Assembly: GCA_018303005.1 (NCBI GenBank)
Contig: JAGVYY010000031.1
Location: 24,994-88,993 of the forward strand
Source: Candidatus Woesearchaeota archaeon
GTDB taxonomy: Archaea; Nanobdellota; Nanobdellia; SCGC-AAA011-G17; GW2011-AR20
Length of the DNA: 64,000 nt
Direction: 5' to 3'
The notes under the pieces are model-generated. The model saw only the letters and a program-made list of their open reading frames with translations. It was not told where the DNA came from and did no database searches. Positions 28,758-37,549 of the stretch are shown one piece after another; within the stretch, counting starts at the first letter, position 1; the number at the start of each line of letters is the position of its first letter. A program made the position numbers and the translations under genes.

Positions 28758-28834
28758 TAGTCTAGCGGCAGGACAGGAGCTTCCCAATAATAAGAAAAAA
28801 GCTTCTAACCCGGGTTCAAATCCCGGCTACTGCA
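28750..28834 (+). tRNA. tRNA-Gly (anticodon CCC) with a 13-nt intron at the canonical 37/38 position
   Basis: Acceptor GCAGTAG/CTACTGC. Anticodon arm GGAGC-TTCCCAA-GCTTC after removing TAATAAGAAAAAA. T-arm CCGGG-TTCAAAT-CCCGG. Confidence 0.7.
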
Positions 28835-29520
28835 TCGATTAATTCTCTCCACTCTTCAAAATTTAAAGCATAAACCTTCTTATTTAAAAAATTTAGCTTA
28901 GGAATTTTTTCTTCACCATGTTTCTTGCTTAAACCATACAATTGACGGTGGGTATCTCTGATTGCGTTTCTTAATTTTTTATCGCTTTGTAAATAAATCT
29001 TCTTTATTATACTCTCTTTTTCATTCAGATTTCTTAACTTAATCCTAATAATTTCAGAAGTTACTTTCGGCATTGGATTAAATGCCTTCCTAGGTATAAT
29101 GTCTAATCTTTCAATCTCAAAAAATATATTCATCAACAATCCCAATAACTTCACGTTCATAAAATCTTTTGGAACACTAAAAACAGCCAATTTGAAATCG
29201 CTATTAACCAATATTCTCATTAGTCCTTCTATAATAGAGTAAGGCAAATTTCCGACAATTTTATCATATTCTAATCTATAAAAGTGCAGTATATTGTCAT
29301 TGATAATATCAAAATCAGGAAACTTATCTTTTAGATATTGGTATAACTTTATGTCAATTTCAATTACAGTGATCTTTCCGGTTTTCTTTATTAATTCCTC
29401 TGTTAAAGCACCTTTACCACCACCAATCTCAACTATATCTTCATTTTCTTTGATTTCCAGATAGTCAACAATCTTACATATCAAATCCCTATCAGTCATA
29501 AAATGCTGGTCAAATTTCAT
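28816..29520 (-). CDS. ksgA: 16S rRNA adenine dimethyltransferase (KsgA/Dim1)
   Basis: SAM motif VEIGGGKG and the GNLPY motif. Its 3' end overlaps the tRNA-Gly on the opposite strand. Confidence 0.8.
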   Translation of the reverse strand: MKFDQHFMTDRDLICKIVDYLEIKENEDIVEIGGGKGALTEELIKKTGKITVIEIDIKLYQYLKDKFPDFDIINDNILHFYRLEYDKIVGNLPYSIIEGLMRILVNSDFKLAVFSVPKDFMNVKLLGLLMNIFFEIERLDIIPRKAFNPMPKVTSEIIRIKLRNLNEKESIIKKIYLQSDKKLRNAIRDTHRQLYGLSKKHGEEKIPKLNFLNKKVYALNFEEWRELIDAVAGI

Positions 29521-29521
29521 T

Positions 29522-30289
29522 TTAAGAGTACAGGCTTAAGACACCATAAGCGAATTCCCAATACAATTCCATAGCATTTTTTCCATTGTCTATACTGTCT
29601 AGAACAAAACCAAAAGCGACATCATGCAGCCCATTTCTTGCAGGTGATATGTCCAGAGTCAAAGAATCCCTCAGGTTCAAGATGTTCCTCTCTTTTATCT
29701 TCTTAATCCATTCGATGCAAAATGCAAAGGCTTTGGCTTCTTCATTATGCTTATCTCTCAGTTCATTGGTGAATATATGCCCCAATTCATGCCCTAATGT
29801 AATCAATGTGTTTCCTAAATCAGTCTTCTTCACAAAGATTATCTTTTCCCTGTTTATGCAGAAACCCTGCACATTTTCTCCAATAATACCAAATTCAGAT
29901 TGGATATTCCTGAATTTTTCAAGAGAGCATATGTTAATCTTTGCATCATTGCCTAAATCCTTGCCGGTAACTAAACAGAAGAGATACTTTCCGGTATCAT
30001 TAATCTCTTCATCCTTGAAATCCAGACTAGACAAATGTTTAATAAACAAAGATGATGTATTATCATAAAAAACATTTATATTCCTTCTTACAGTTTCATA
30101 ATTCTGTCTTGAATACACAAGATTACAATAGTTGATGTTTGTCAAATTATACATTTTTTTAGGTTTTTCTTCAGGAAAGACATTTTCTAATCTATTCATA
30201 TAAACATTTATGCCCGAATTGTCAAAAGCAGAATAATTACAAGGATAAATACTTACAGCTCTATCTAAGCTATAGACTTGTTTGTACAT
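29522..30289 (-). CDS. Putative zinc metallopeptidase (HExxH)
   Basis: TLGHELGHIF motif. 255 aa. Confidence 0.4.
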   Translation of the reverse strand: MYKQVYSLDRAVSIYPCNYSAFDNSGINVYMNRLENVFPEEKPKKMYNLTNINYCNLVYSRQNYETVRRNINVFYDNTSSLFIKHLSSLDFKDEEINDTGKYLFCLVTGKDLGNDAKINICSLEKFRNIQSEFGIIGENVQGFCINREKIIFVKKTDLGNTLITLGHELGHIFTNELRDKHNEEAKAFAFCIEWIKKIKERNILNLRDSLTLDISPARNGLHDVAFGFVLDSIDNGKNAMELYWEFAYGVLSLYS

Positions 30290-30613
30290 ATGAGATAGAT
30301 ATTGATTACTTTTATAAAGATTGTTCTGATCCTGATTACATTTGGCATTAATTCATAGATCAAAGAAATAAAAAAATAGCAAAGATTAAACTACAAAAAA
30401 AATCATTCTGAAAAAGAATGGTAATTATTCCATATAGGAAGCAAATCTCCTGACATAATATTTTTCATTGGTTTCTTTTCGGACTTTCTTGGCATATTTA
30501 TGTGCATAATACAAAAGTTCAGGTAATTTGTGCTGTTTTAGGCATTTTTTTGTTATTTCAATACATAATTCTAATGGGAGATCATATCCGGGAGAAATAA
30601 ATATTGGTTTTGC

Positions 30614-31071
30614 CTAGTCTTTAGTTCTCATTCTAAATCCTAAATTTTTGTCTTTTACATAAATCTTATCTCCCTCCAAATTTCCGAACAACAGCTTTTT
30701 TGATATGCCGATTGTGTTCTTTTTTAAAGCAACGCCAACATAGCATGCCTGCCCACAACCATAAGGATGTAAGATTCCATCACCATCAATCATCAAGACA
30801 TCGGGTTTATTCTCAAACAGTTCAAATGTCCTGATAATGGCAGGTCCTTCTCTGAAAGCCAATAATGTAGGCATAAAGAACATAGGCTCTTTATCGCTAT
30901 GAAACTTCTTTTCTATAATCTTATCTCCTTCCAGATCATATATTTTTTAGCGTTAAATATAACATCAAAACCTGCAACCTTCTTCACACTGCCAATATCT
31001 GTTTTACTATCCAAGATTACTTGTTCTGCAACCTTGTGCTGGAGTTCCTTCAATTTTTTGATATCAATCAT
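30614..31071 (-). CDS. nfi: Endonuclease V (nfi), interrupted by a -1 frame change in an A6 run near 30945
   Basis: The N-terminal 40 codons (MIDIKKLKELQHKVAEQVILDSKTDIGSVKKVAGFDV) are in one frame. The remainder (FMPTLLAFREGP...DGDGILHPYGCGQACYVGVALKKNTIGISKK) is in another. Adding one A restores a full-length EndoV. Confidence 0.6.
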
Positions 31072-31172
31072 TTTCCAATATGTCTCTATTATTAAAATAT
31101 CCAGAGAAATAAAAATATTTCCATTGAACTACTTCTACATGATAATCTAACAAAAGGTTAAATTTTAGGTAA

Positions 31173-31841
31173 CTATTTTTTAGCTATCCAAATACAACCA
31201 AGATTAGTTAATGAATAATATCCAGGTTTTAATTTCGTTTCTCTGAATAGCTTTTTTAATTCATCTTCTTTAAAATAGTGAGAGGTCACCCCATTATTAA
31301 TTTCTAATTGTAATCCTTTAACTTTTACTTTATGGCCAATTTTAGAAAAACATTTTATTCTTTCTTTTAAAACATATTTTTTATCTATTCCATAAGTAGA
31401 AACAATTATCTTACCATTTTTACAGGTAACTCTTTCACAGTCTTTAAGAACTTTAATAGGATTGTTCATTAATCCTAGAGTATTATACATCATCAGGCAA
31501 ATATCAAAAGAATTGTCTTTGAAAAGAAGATTTTGTGCATCCATTTGTAAAATTTGAATCTTTCTATTATTCTTATATTTATTTTTGAGAAAAGACAGGT
31601 TTGCAATTTCAATACCAGTTATCTCTCTTTTACCATTATTTAAAGCATCTATAATTCTACCCCGTCCAGCTCCGATTTCTAAAATAGTTGCTTTTTCTGG
31701 GACTATTCTTGTAAGGATATTTTCTTCCGCTTTAAGCCATCTCTTGTAAGAAGGTGTTAACCCAGAAATATCAATAATTTTTGCTGCATTATTATAATAT
31801 TTTATAACTTTACATATGGGGATGTTTAAGTTCATTAACAT
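31173..31841 (-). CDS. Class I SAM-dependent methyltransferase
   Basis: Motif I is LEIGAGRGR. Confidence 0.65.
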   Translation of the reverse strand: MLMNLNIPICKVIKYYNNAAKIIDISGLTPSYKRWLKAEENILTRIVPEKATILEIGAGRGRIIDALNNGKREITGIEIANLSFLKNKYKNNRKIQILQMDAQNLLFKDNSFDICLMMYNTLGLMNNPIKVLKDCERVTCKNGKIIVSTYGIDKKYVLKERIKCFSKIGHKVKVKGLQLEINNGVTSHYFKEDELKKLFRETKLKPGYYSLTNLGCIWIAKK

Positions 31842-31929
31842 AATTAACTCAAACAGATTAAACTTTATCAGGATTTAAATGTTTTTATTTAATTTATTTT
31901 ATCAATTCCATTGCTTGCCTTAAGTATTA

Positions 31930-32004
31930 TGCTCCTGCCGAGATTTGAACTCGGGTCTCAGCCGTGAGAGGGCTGAATCCTTGACCGGGCTAGACTACAG
32001 GAGC
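31930..32004 (-). tRNA. tRNA-Glu (anticodon CUC), intron-less
   Basis: Reverse-strand sequence GCTCCTG...CAGCC-CTCTCAC-GGCTG...CCGAG-TTCAAAT-CTCGG-CAGGAGC-A. Confidence 0.8.
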
Positions 32005-32006
32005 AT

Positions 32007-32106
32007 TAGCCCCGCGAGGATTCGAACCTCGGTCTCATGGTTTCTCCTGAAATCCAGAGCCATGAATGCTAAGTCCCAAATGGTTTGACCGCTACACTAC
32101 GGGGCT
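32007..32106 (-). tRNA. tRNA-Gln (anticodon CUG) with two inferred introns: about 15 nt in the D-loop region (non-canonical) and 12 nt in the anticodon loop
   Basis: A1:U72 and an A73 discriminator are typical of archaeal tRNA-Gln. The anticodon stem CATGG/CCATG encloses 19 nt. D-stem GTGT/GCAT encloses 24 nt. The mature length after removing both would be 73 nt. Confidence 0.55.
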
Positions 32107-32152
32107 ATGTACATTACTTTAAATTTGACTTAACTTTATAAATATTAATAAT

Positions 32153-32470
32153 TTGATTTATAAAATGATAATCTCGTACATAACATGCAAAAATCAAAAA
32201 GAAGCTGAGAAAATATCCTATACGTTGTTAAACAGAAGATTAGCAGCATGCTGCAACTTAATTCAAGCAAGATCATTATACCTCTGGCAAAATAAGTTAA
32301 ATAAAGACAATGAAGTAATCATATTGGCAAAAACATTAGATAAAAAATTTAATAAAATAAAAAAAGAAGTTTTAAAAATACATTCATATAAAGTCCCATG
32401 CATTTTAAAGATAAAAATAGAAGAAACAAATGATAAATTTTTAACATGGTTAAAAAGTGAGGTAAGATGA
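32153..32470 (+). CDS. cutA: CutA divalent-cation tolerance protein
   Basis: 105 aa with ...LAACCNLI...SLYLWQNKL...HSYKVPCIL. Confidence 0.65.
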   Translation: MIYKMIISYITCKNQKEAEKISYTLLNRRLAACCNLIQARSLYLWQNKLNKDNEVIILAKTLDKKFNKIKKEVLKIHSYKVPCILKIKIEETNDKFLTWLKSEVR

Positions 32471-33084
32471 CCTTTATAAAAAAAATATTCGAGGATAAGA
32501 TTGATGATTCTGTGCATAGAAACTTCATAAGATTCAGCAAAGGAACTTTTTATAACAGGGCATTGACTAAATTGAAAGTTTCAAAGAATAAATGTAATAT
32601 TTATGCTAGTTTTGACCTGGCAAATTCATTAGTAAAGATATTCAGTAGCATGATAAGTACTGCAAAAATCTCTGGCCGATTGATTAAGAAAGGTAAAAAA
32701 AGTGAAATAGATGAAGAAGTAACATCAGACCAGTTAAACAAAATTATCGATGAAAATGATTATTGCCTGATAGATATCTCTATTAATGAATATTTGCTTA
32801 AATGTAAAAAATCCCTGCCAAAACCAGGAAAAGCTTTAGATCCCAAATTCTGTTCAGCCACATTACCCGTAGATAAAATTAAGGATTTGATATTTGATAT
32901 AAATGAGAATTTTAAACAGGCTGAAATATCACATATTTTTGTGATTAATGAACTGTCGATACCAAAAGAATACGAAAAAGATCCTGAAAAAGCCCGCATA
33001 TTTGCTAAAAGGAAGGGCAGAATAATAAGAAAAATAATATTGGACGGGAAAGAAATAACCAGAGAAAAAGAATTGATTGTTTAA
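32467..33084 (+). CDS. Hypothetical protein
   Basis: 205 aa with no recognisable domain. Confidence 0.4.
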   Translation: MTFIKKIFEDKIDDSVHRNFIRFSKGTFYNRALTKLKVSKNKCNIYASFDLANSLVKIFSSMISTAKISGRLIKKGKKSEIDEEVTSDQLNKIIDENDYCLIDISINEYLLKCKKSLPKPGKALDPKFCSATLPVDKIKDLIFDINENFKQAEISHIFVINELSIPKEYEKDPEKARIFAKRKGRIIRKIILDGKEITREKELIV

Positions 33085-33304
33085 AATGATCTTTAAAGTA
33101 AAAGTTATACCTAATGCAAAAAAAGAATCAATATCCTGCCAGGATCAAAATTTAAAAGTCTATGTAAAAGCGCCTGCTTCAGACAATAAAGCCAACAAAT
33201 CTCTTATAGTATTATTGGCAAAACATTATAACACAAAAAAAGGTAGTATATTAATCTTGAAAGGCCAAAAATCAAGAGACAAAATAATCGAGATCACTAA
33301 GTAA
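33077..33304 (+). CDS. DUF167 (YggU) family protein
   Basis: KVKVIPNAKKESI...LKVYVKAPASDNKANKSLIVLLAK...ILKGQKSRDKII. Confidence 0.55.
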   Translation: MFKMIFKVKVIPNAKKESISCQDQNLKVYVKAPASDNKANKSLIVLLAKHYNTKKGSILILKGQKSRDKIIEITK

Positions 33305-33413
33305 AAACATTTAAAAAACCATCTATGATAGAAATGATATAAGAGAGTTTACATTCTCGGATAAAATGAAACAATAATATTTATAAACCTTTAATAGGGT
33401 TTTAAGGAATAAA

Positions 33414-34361
33414 ATGCCAAGAGCACATAAACCAAGGTCAGGAAGTCTGCAGTTTTGGCCAAGAAAAAGAGCTAGAAGAATCTACCCAAGAATAAGGTCA
33501 TGGGGTAAAACAGAGAAGGCAAATCTTTTGGGATTTATTGGTTATAAGGTTGGTATAACCCAAATACAAGGCATTGACCAGAATCCCAACAGGAAAATAA
33601 AAGATCCCATTGTAACTGCTGCCACAATAATAGAATGTCCGCCTCTGAAAGGGTTATCTGCAAGGTACTATAAAAAAACCAATAATGGACTAAAGGTTAT
33701 TGGAGAAACACTTGCTGAAAAACTTGACAAGAGCTTAGCAAGAAAGATAAGGCTCCCTAAAAAAGTAGCTAACAAGGAAATAAAAGAATATGATGATATA
33801 AGGTTGTTAATGTACACTCAGCCAGGCTTGACATCAATAGGGAAAAAAAAGCCGGAAATCATGGAAGTTGCTTTGTCTGGATCAAAAGAAGAAAAATTAG
33901 AGTTGGTTCATAAGTATTTAAATTCTGAGATTAAGGTTTCTGATATATTTAAAGATAATACATTTGTTGATATACATGCTGTGACAAAAGGTTATGGTTT
34001 TCAGGGTTCAGTAAAAAGATATGGCATAGCTTTAAAATCACACAAATCAGAAAAAACAAGAAGGTCTGTTGGAAATATGGGCTCTTGGACTCCAAAAAAA
34101 GTCTCTTTTAGAGTACCGCAACATGGTCAAACAGGATATCACACAAGAACTGAGTACAACAAATTTATTTATAAAATAAGCAATAACCTCTTAGATGTGA
34201 ATCCTAAATCAGGATTTTTACATTATGGTTTCATAAAAAATGATTATGTAATCATAAAAGGCTCAATTGCAGGTCCAGTAAAAAGACCTGTAAAATTCAC
34301 ATTTCCTATAAGGCAAATAAAAAACGCATATCCTTTCCAAATGATACAAGTCAAAAAATAA
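33414..34361 (+). CDS. rpl3: Ribosomal protein uL3
   Basis: MPRAHKPRSGSLQFWPRKRA... Confidence 0.95.
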   Translation: MPRAHKPRSGSLQFWPRKRARRIYPRIRSWGKTEKANLLGFIGYKVGITQIQGIDQNPNRKIKDPIVTAATIIECPPLKGLSARYYKKTNNGLKVIGETLAEKLDKSLARKIRLPKKVANKEIKEYDDIRLLMYTQPGLTSIGKKKPEIMEVALSGSKEEKLELVHKYLNSEIKVSDIFKDNTFVDIHAVTKGYGFQGSVKRYGIALKSHKSEKTRRSVGNMGSWTPKKVSFRVPQHGQTGYHTRTEYNKFIYKISNNLLDVNPKSGFLHYGFIKNDYVIIKGSIAGPVKRPVKFTFPIRQIKNAYPFQMIQVKK

Positions 34362-34362
34362 A

Positions 34363-35178
34363 ATGAAAATGAATGTTCTAGATTTAAATGGAAAAAATTT
34401 AAAGCAGATTGATGTTCCTGAACAATTTGAGGGAGAATACAATCAGGACTTGATTAAAAGAGCTGTTATGGCAATACAGTCAAATAAGAGACAGCCATAC
34501 GGGGCAAAACCAAGAGCAGGAAAAAGATACTCCTCGAAATTATCCAGAAGAAGAAGGCAATACAAAGGGTCATATGGCCATGGAATGTCAAGAGTTCCAA
34601 GAAAAGTGATGTGGAGAAGAGGAATGCAGTTTGGCTATGTTGGAGCCCATGCACCCGGAACAGTTGGTGGAAGAAGAGCGCATCCACCTAAGGCAGAGAA
34701 AAGATGGAATAAAAAAATAAATATAAATGAAAGAAGGAAAGCAATAAGATCATCTCTGGCAGCATCTTTGAATTTAGAGATAATAAAACAGAGAAATCAC
34801 ATAGCACCACAGAACTTCCCATTCTTTGTAACATCTGAAATTGAAGATATAAAAAAAACAAAAGACATTCTGAATGTTTTAAACACCTTAGGATTTAGGC
34901 AAGAGCTGGAAAGGGTTATAAAGAAAACTGTCAAGGCAGGAAAAGGTAAGAGCAGGAACAGGCCTTACAAAAAGAAAAAAGGACCTTTGATAGTTGTCTC
35001 AAAAAAATGTTCCTTGATTAAGTCAGCATCTAATATACCTGGTATAGATATAATAGACATAAAGAATATCAATGTTGAATTATTGGCACCAGGAACAATA
35101 CCTGGGCGTTTAACGCTCTATACAGAAAATGCTGTTGAAACATTAATAAAAGATAAATTATTCTTGAACAAAAAATGA
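34363..35178 (+). CDS. rpl4: Ribosomal protein uL4
   Basis: The expected archaeal L4 gene in the conserved gene order. Confidence 0.9.
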   Translation: MKMNVLDLNGKNLKQIDVPEQFEGEYNQDLIKRAVMAIQSNKRQPYGAKPRAGKRYSSKLSRRRRQYKGSYGHGMSRVPRKVMWRRGMQFGYVGAHAPGTVGGRRAHPPKAEKRWNKKININERRKAIRSSLAASLNLEIIKQRNHIAPQNFPFFVTSEIEDIKKTKDILNVLNTLGFRQELERVIKKTVKAGKGKSRNRPYKKKKGPLIVVSKKCSLIKSASNIPGIDIIDIKNINVELLAPGTIPGRLTLYTENAVETLIKDKLFLNKK

Positions 35179-35705
35179 AATATAACAATGACACTGGAAA
35201 AGTAATAAGCATACCTACACCTCTTAAAATAAAAGAAATTGTAATGGGGTTATTTGCAGTAGATGGAATATTAAAGAGTGAAGAAGCAATATCAGACATT
35301 GTAAGAAATCTTGATGGATATAATTTAAGGGTGTTTTACACAAATCAAAAGGTGGCAGATATAATCTCGAAAAATTATAATGGATCCATAGGTGAAATAA
35401 GTTTTATAATGCCGGATGATAAAAGAATGGGGGCAAGCATAGATGACTTTCTTTGTAGAGATGATACCTTAATCGATGGCGTCATATTTTACTGTGATGA
35501 TGCAAGTTATTATCCGATGCTCAATGCAATAGCAAATATAATCTATGCAAATCAGCAGATACCTGCTGTTGCCTTTCCAAATGCCGGGCAGATAGCAAGG
35601 ACTTTCCTGGACCATAACAGGAATAAAAAAACCATAGGTTTAGTTCGCACACCTGAAGAAGCCGTACATACAATAATAGAACAGATAAATCAATCAACTA
35701 CATGA
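35175..35705 (+). CDS. Hypothetical 176-aa protein (alpha/beta Rossmann-like pattern) inserted between rpl4 and rpl23 and translationally coupled to both
   Basis: The start overlaps the rpl4 stop (ATGA) and the stop overlaps the rpl23 start. It has no counterpart in the canonical archaeal operon. Confidence 0.5.
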   Translation: MKYNNDTGKVISIPTPLKIKEIVMGLFAVDGILKSEEAISDIVRNLDGYNLRVFYTNQKVADIISKNYNGSIGEISFIMPDDKRMGASIDDFLCRDDTLIDGVIFYCDDASYYPMLNAIANIIYANQQIPAVAFPNAGQIARTFLDHNRNKKTIGLVRTPEEAVHTIIEQINQSTT

Positions 35706-35992
35706 CCAATGCAAAAATGATAAAAAACAACACAGATCCATACAAAATAATAAAATATCCTGTATCAACAGAGAAAGCAGTAAGATTAATGGAAAAAGAC
35801 AATAAATTGACTTTTATAGTTGAAAGAAAATCAACAAAGTTAGACATAAAGAAAGCATTAGAGCATATATACAAACTGAAAATTTCAGAAATAAATACGG
35901 TAATAACAAACAAAGGTCTTAAAAAGGCATACATCAAGCTTTCAAAGGAAACCACTGCTTTGGACATAGCAACACAAATAGGAATAATGTAA
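35702..35992 (+). CDS. rpl23: Ribosomal protein uL23
   Basis: YPVSTEKAVRLMEKDNKLTFIV. Confidence 0.9.
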   Translation: MTNAKMIKNNTDPYKIIKYPVSTEKAVRLMEKDNKLTFIVERKSTKLDIKKALEHIYKLKISEINTVITNKGLKKAYIKLSKETTALDIATQIGIM

Positions 35993-35993
35993 G

Positions 35994-36707
35994 ATGGGAA
36001 AGAATCTGAAACAGCAAAGACGAGGAAAAGGATCTTTAAGATTTAGAGCTCCTAGCCATAATTACAAGACTAGAATAAACTTTCCAATTTCATCAGAGCA
36101 GGCATATGGTATAGTGGTAGATTTTATTCATGATCCTTCTAAAAATGCACCTATCGCAAAAATATCTTTGGATAATAAACAGGAAATGCTTATTCCTGCA
36201 GTTGAAGGAATCAAGGTTGGAGACAGGATAGGTTATATGAATAAAGAAACTTCTGTAGGAAGCATAGCCAGGTTAAAAGATTTGGCAATAGGAACAAACA
36301 TATCAAACATAGAGAAGATACCAAATTCGAGTAAAGGTGCATTCTGCAGATCAGCAGGTGCAACAGCAGCAGTGTTCTCAAAAACAGATAATGCTGTAAC
36401 ATTAGTCTTTAATTCAAAAAAACAAAAAACATTCCATCCTGAATGCAGGGCGATTGTTGGAGTAACTGCAGGCTCAGGCAGATTAGATAAGCCAATTGTT
36501 AAGGCAGGGAAAAAATATTTCATGATGAAATCAAGGAACAGGTTTTGGCCAAGGGTTTCAGGAGTATCAATGAATGCAGTGGCACATCCTTTTGGTTCAG
36601 GTAGAGGCAAGCATCTTGGAAAATCAAAGACACCCCCTAGATTTGCCCCGCCAGGAAGAAAAGTAGGACAGTTGCATGCCAGAAGAACCGGAAGAAGGAC
36701 GAAATAA
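35994..36707 (+). CDS. rpl2: Ribosomal protein uL2
   Basis: The expected archaeal L2 gene in the conserved gene order. Confidence 0.95.
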   Translation: MGKNLKQQRRGKGSLRFRAPSHNYKTRINFPISSEQAYGIVVDFIHDPSKNAPIAKISLDNKQEMLIPAVEGIKVGDRIGYMNKETSVGSIARLKDLAIGTNISNIEKIPNSSKGAFCRSAGATAAVFSKTDNAVTLVFNSKKQKTFHPECRAIVGVTAGSGRLDKPIVKAGKKYFMMKSRNRFWPRVSGVSMNAVAHPFGSGRGKHLGKSKTPPRFAPPGRKVGQLHARRTGRRTK

Positions 36708-36710
36708 AAA

Positions 36711-37106
36711 ATGGTCAAAAAATTCACTTTCAAAGGATATACAATAGATGAACTAAAGCAATTAGATTACAAGGAAGTTGCTAAAATCCTTCCATCAAGG
36801 CAAAGAAGATCCTTATTAAGAGGTTTTACAGAAGAGCAGAAAAAGTTATTAAAAAAAATAGACAAAGTTATTGCAGGTCAATACAAGAAACCAATAAAGA
36901 CACACTGCAGAGATATGATAATCCTGCCAAAAATGGTGGATCTAATAATACATCTCCATAAGGGAAATGCGTTTATTCCAGTGCAGATACAACCTGAGTC
37001 AATAGGAATGTATCTTGGAGAATTGCTTCTGACGAGACAAAGAGTGCAGCACTCTGCTCCAGGTGTAGGGGCAACAAAATCTAGTGCAGCAGTATCAGTC
37101 AAATGA
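36711..37106 (+). CDS. rps19: Ribosomal protein uS19
   Basis: LPSRQRRSLLRGFTEEQKKLLKKI. Confidence 0.9.
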   Translation: MVKKFTFKGYTIDELKQLDYKEVAKILPSRQRRSLLRGFTEEQKKLLKKIDKVIAGQYKKPIKTHCRDMIILPKMVDLIIHLHKGNAFIPVQIQPESIGMYLGELLLTRQRVQHSAPGVGATKSSAAVSVK

Positions 37107-37549
37107 AAATGGAAAAAGCAACTCTTAATGTCAAAAATCTGCCAATATCTACAAAGCATTCTATTGAGATATGCAGATTCATCAGGGATATGGGATTACA
37201 GAAAGCTAAATCAGTCTTGGCAAATGTTGTAGAACTGAAACAGGCAGTTCCTTTCGTCAGGCACAATATGAATGTCGGACACAAAGCAGGAATGTCATCA
37301 GCAAGATTCCCAACAAAAGCTAGCAAGCACATACTTGATCTGTTAAAGAGTGTTGAACATAATGCAATAAAAGATGGGCTTTCAAAGGATCTTGTTATTT
37401 CTCATATCTCAGCTGATAAAGGTGTAAGGCAATGGCATAATGGAAGACAGAGAAGAAGGAAGACAAAATCAACAAATATAAGAATAATACTGGAAGAATT
37501 TAAAAGAGAACTCCCAAAGAAGAAAAAAATAAAACAAGATAAAGAATGA
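37103..37549 (+). CDS. rpl22: Ribosomal protein uL22
   Basis: The expected gene in the conserved gene order. Confidence 0.9.
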   Translation: MKMEKATLNVKNLPISTKHSIEICRFIRDMGLQKAKSVLANVVELKQAVPFVRHNMNVGHKAGMSSARFPTKASKHILDLLKSVEHNAIKDGLSKDLVISHISADKGVRQWHNGRQRRRKTKSTNIRIILEEFKRELPKKKKIKQDKE

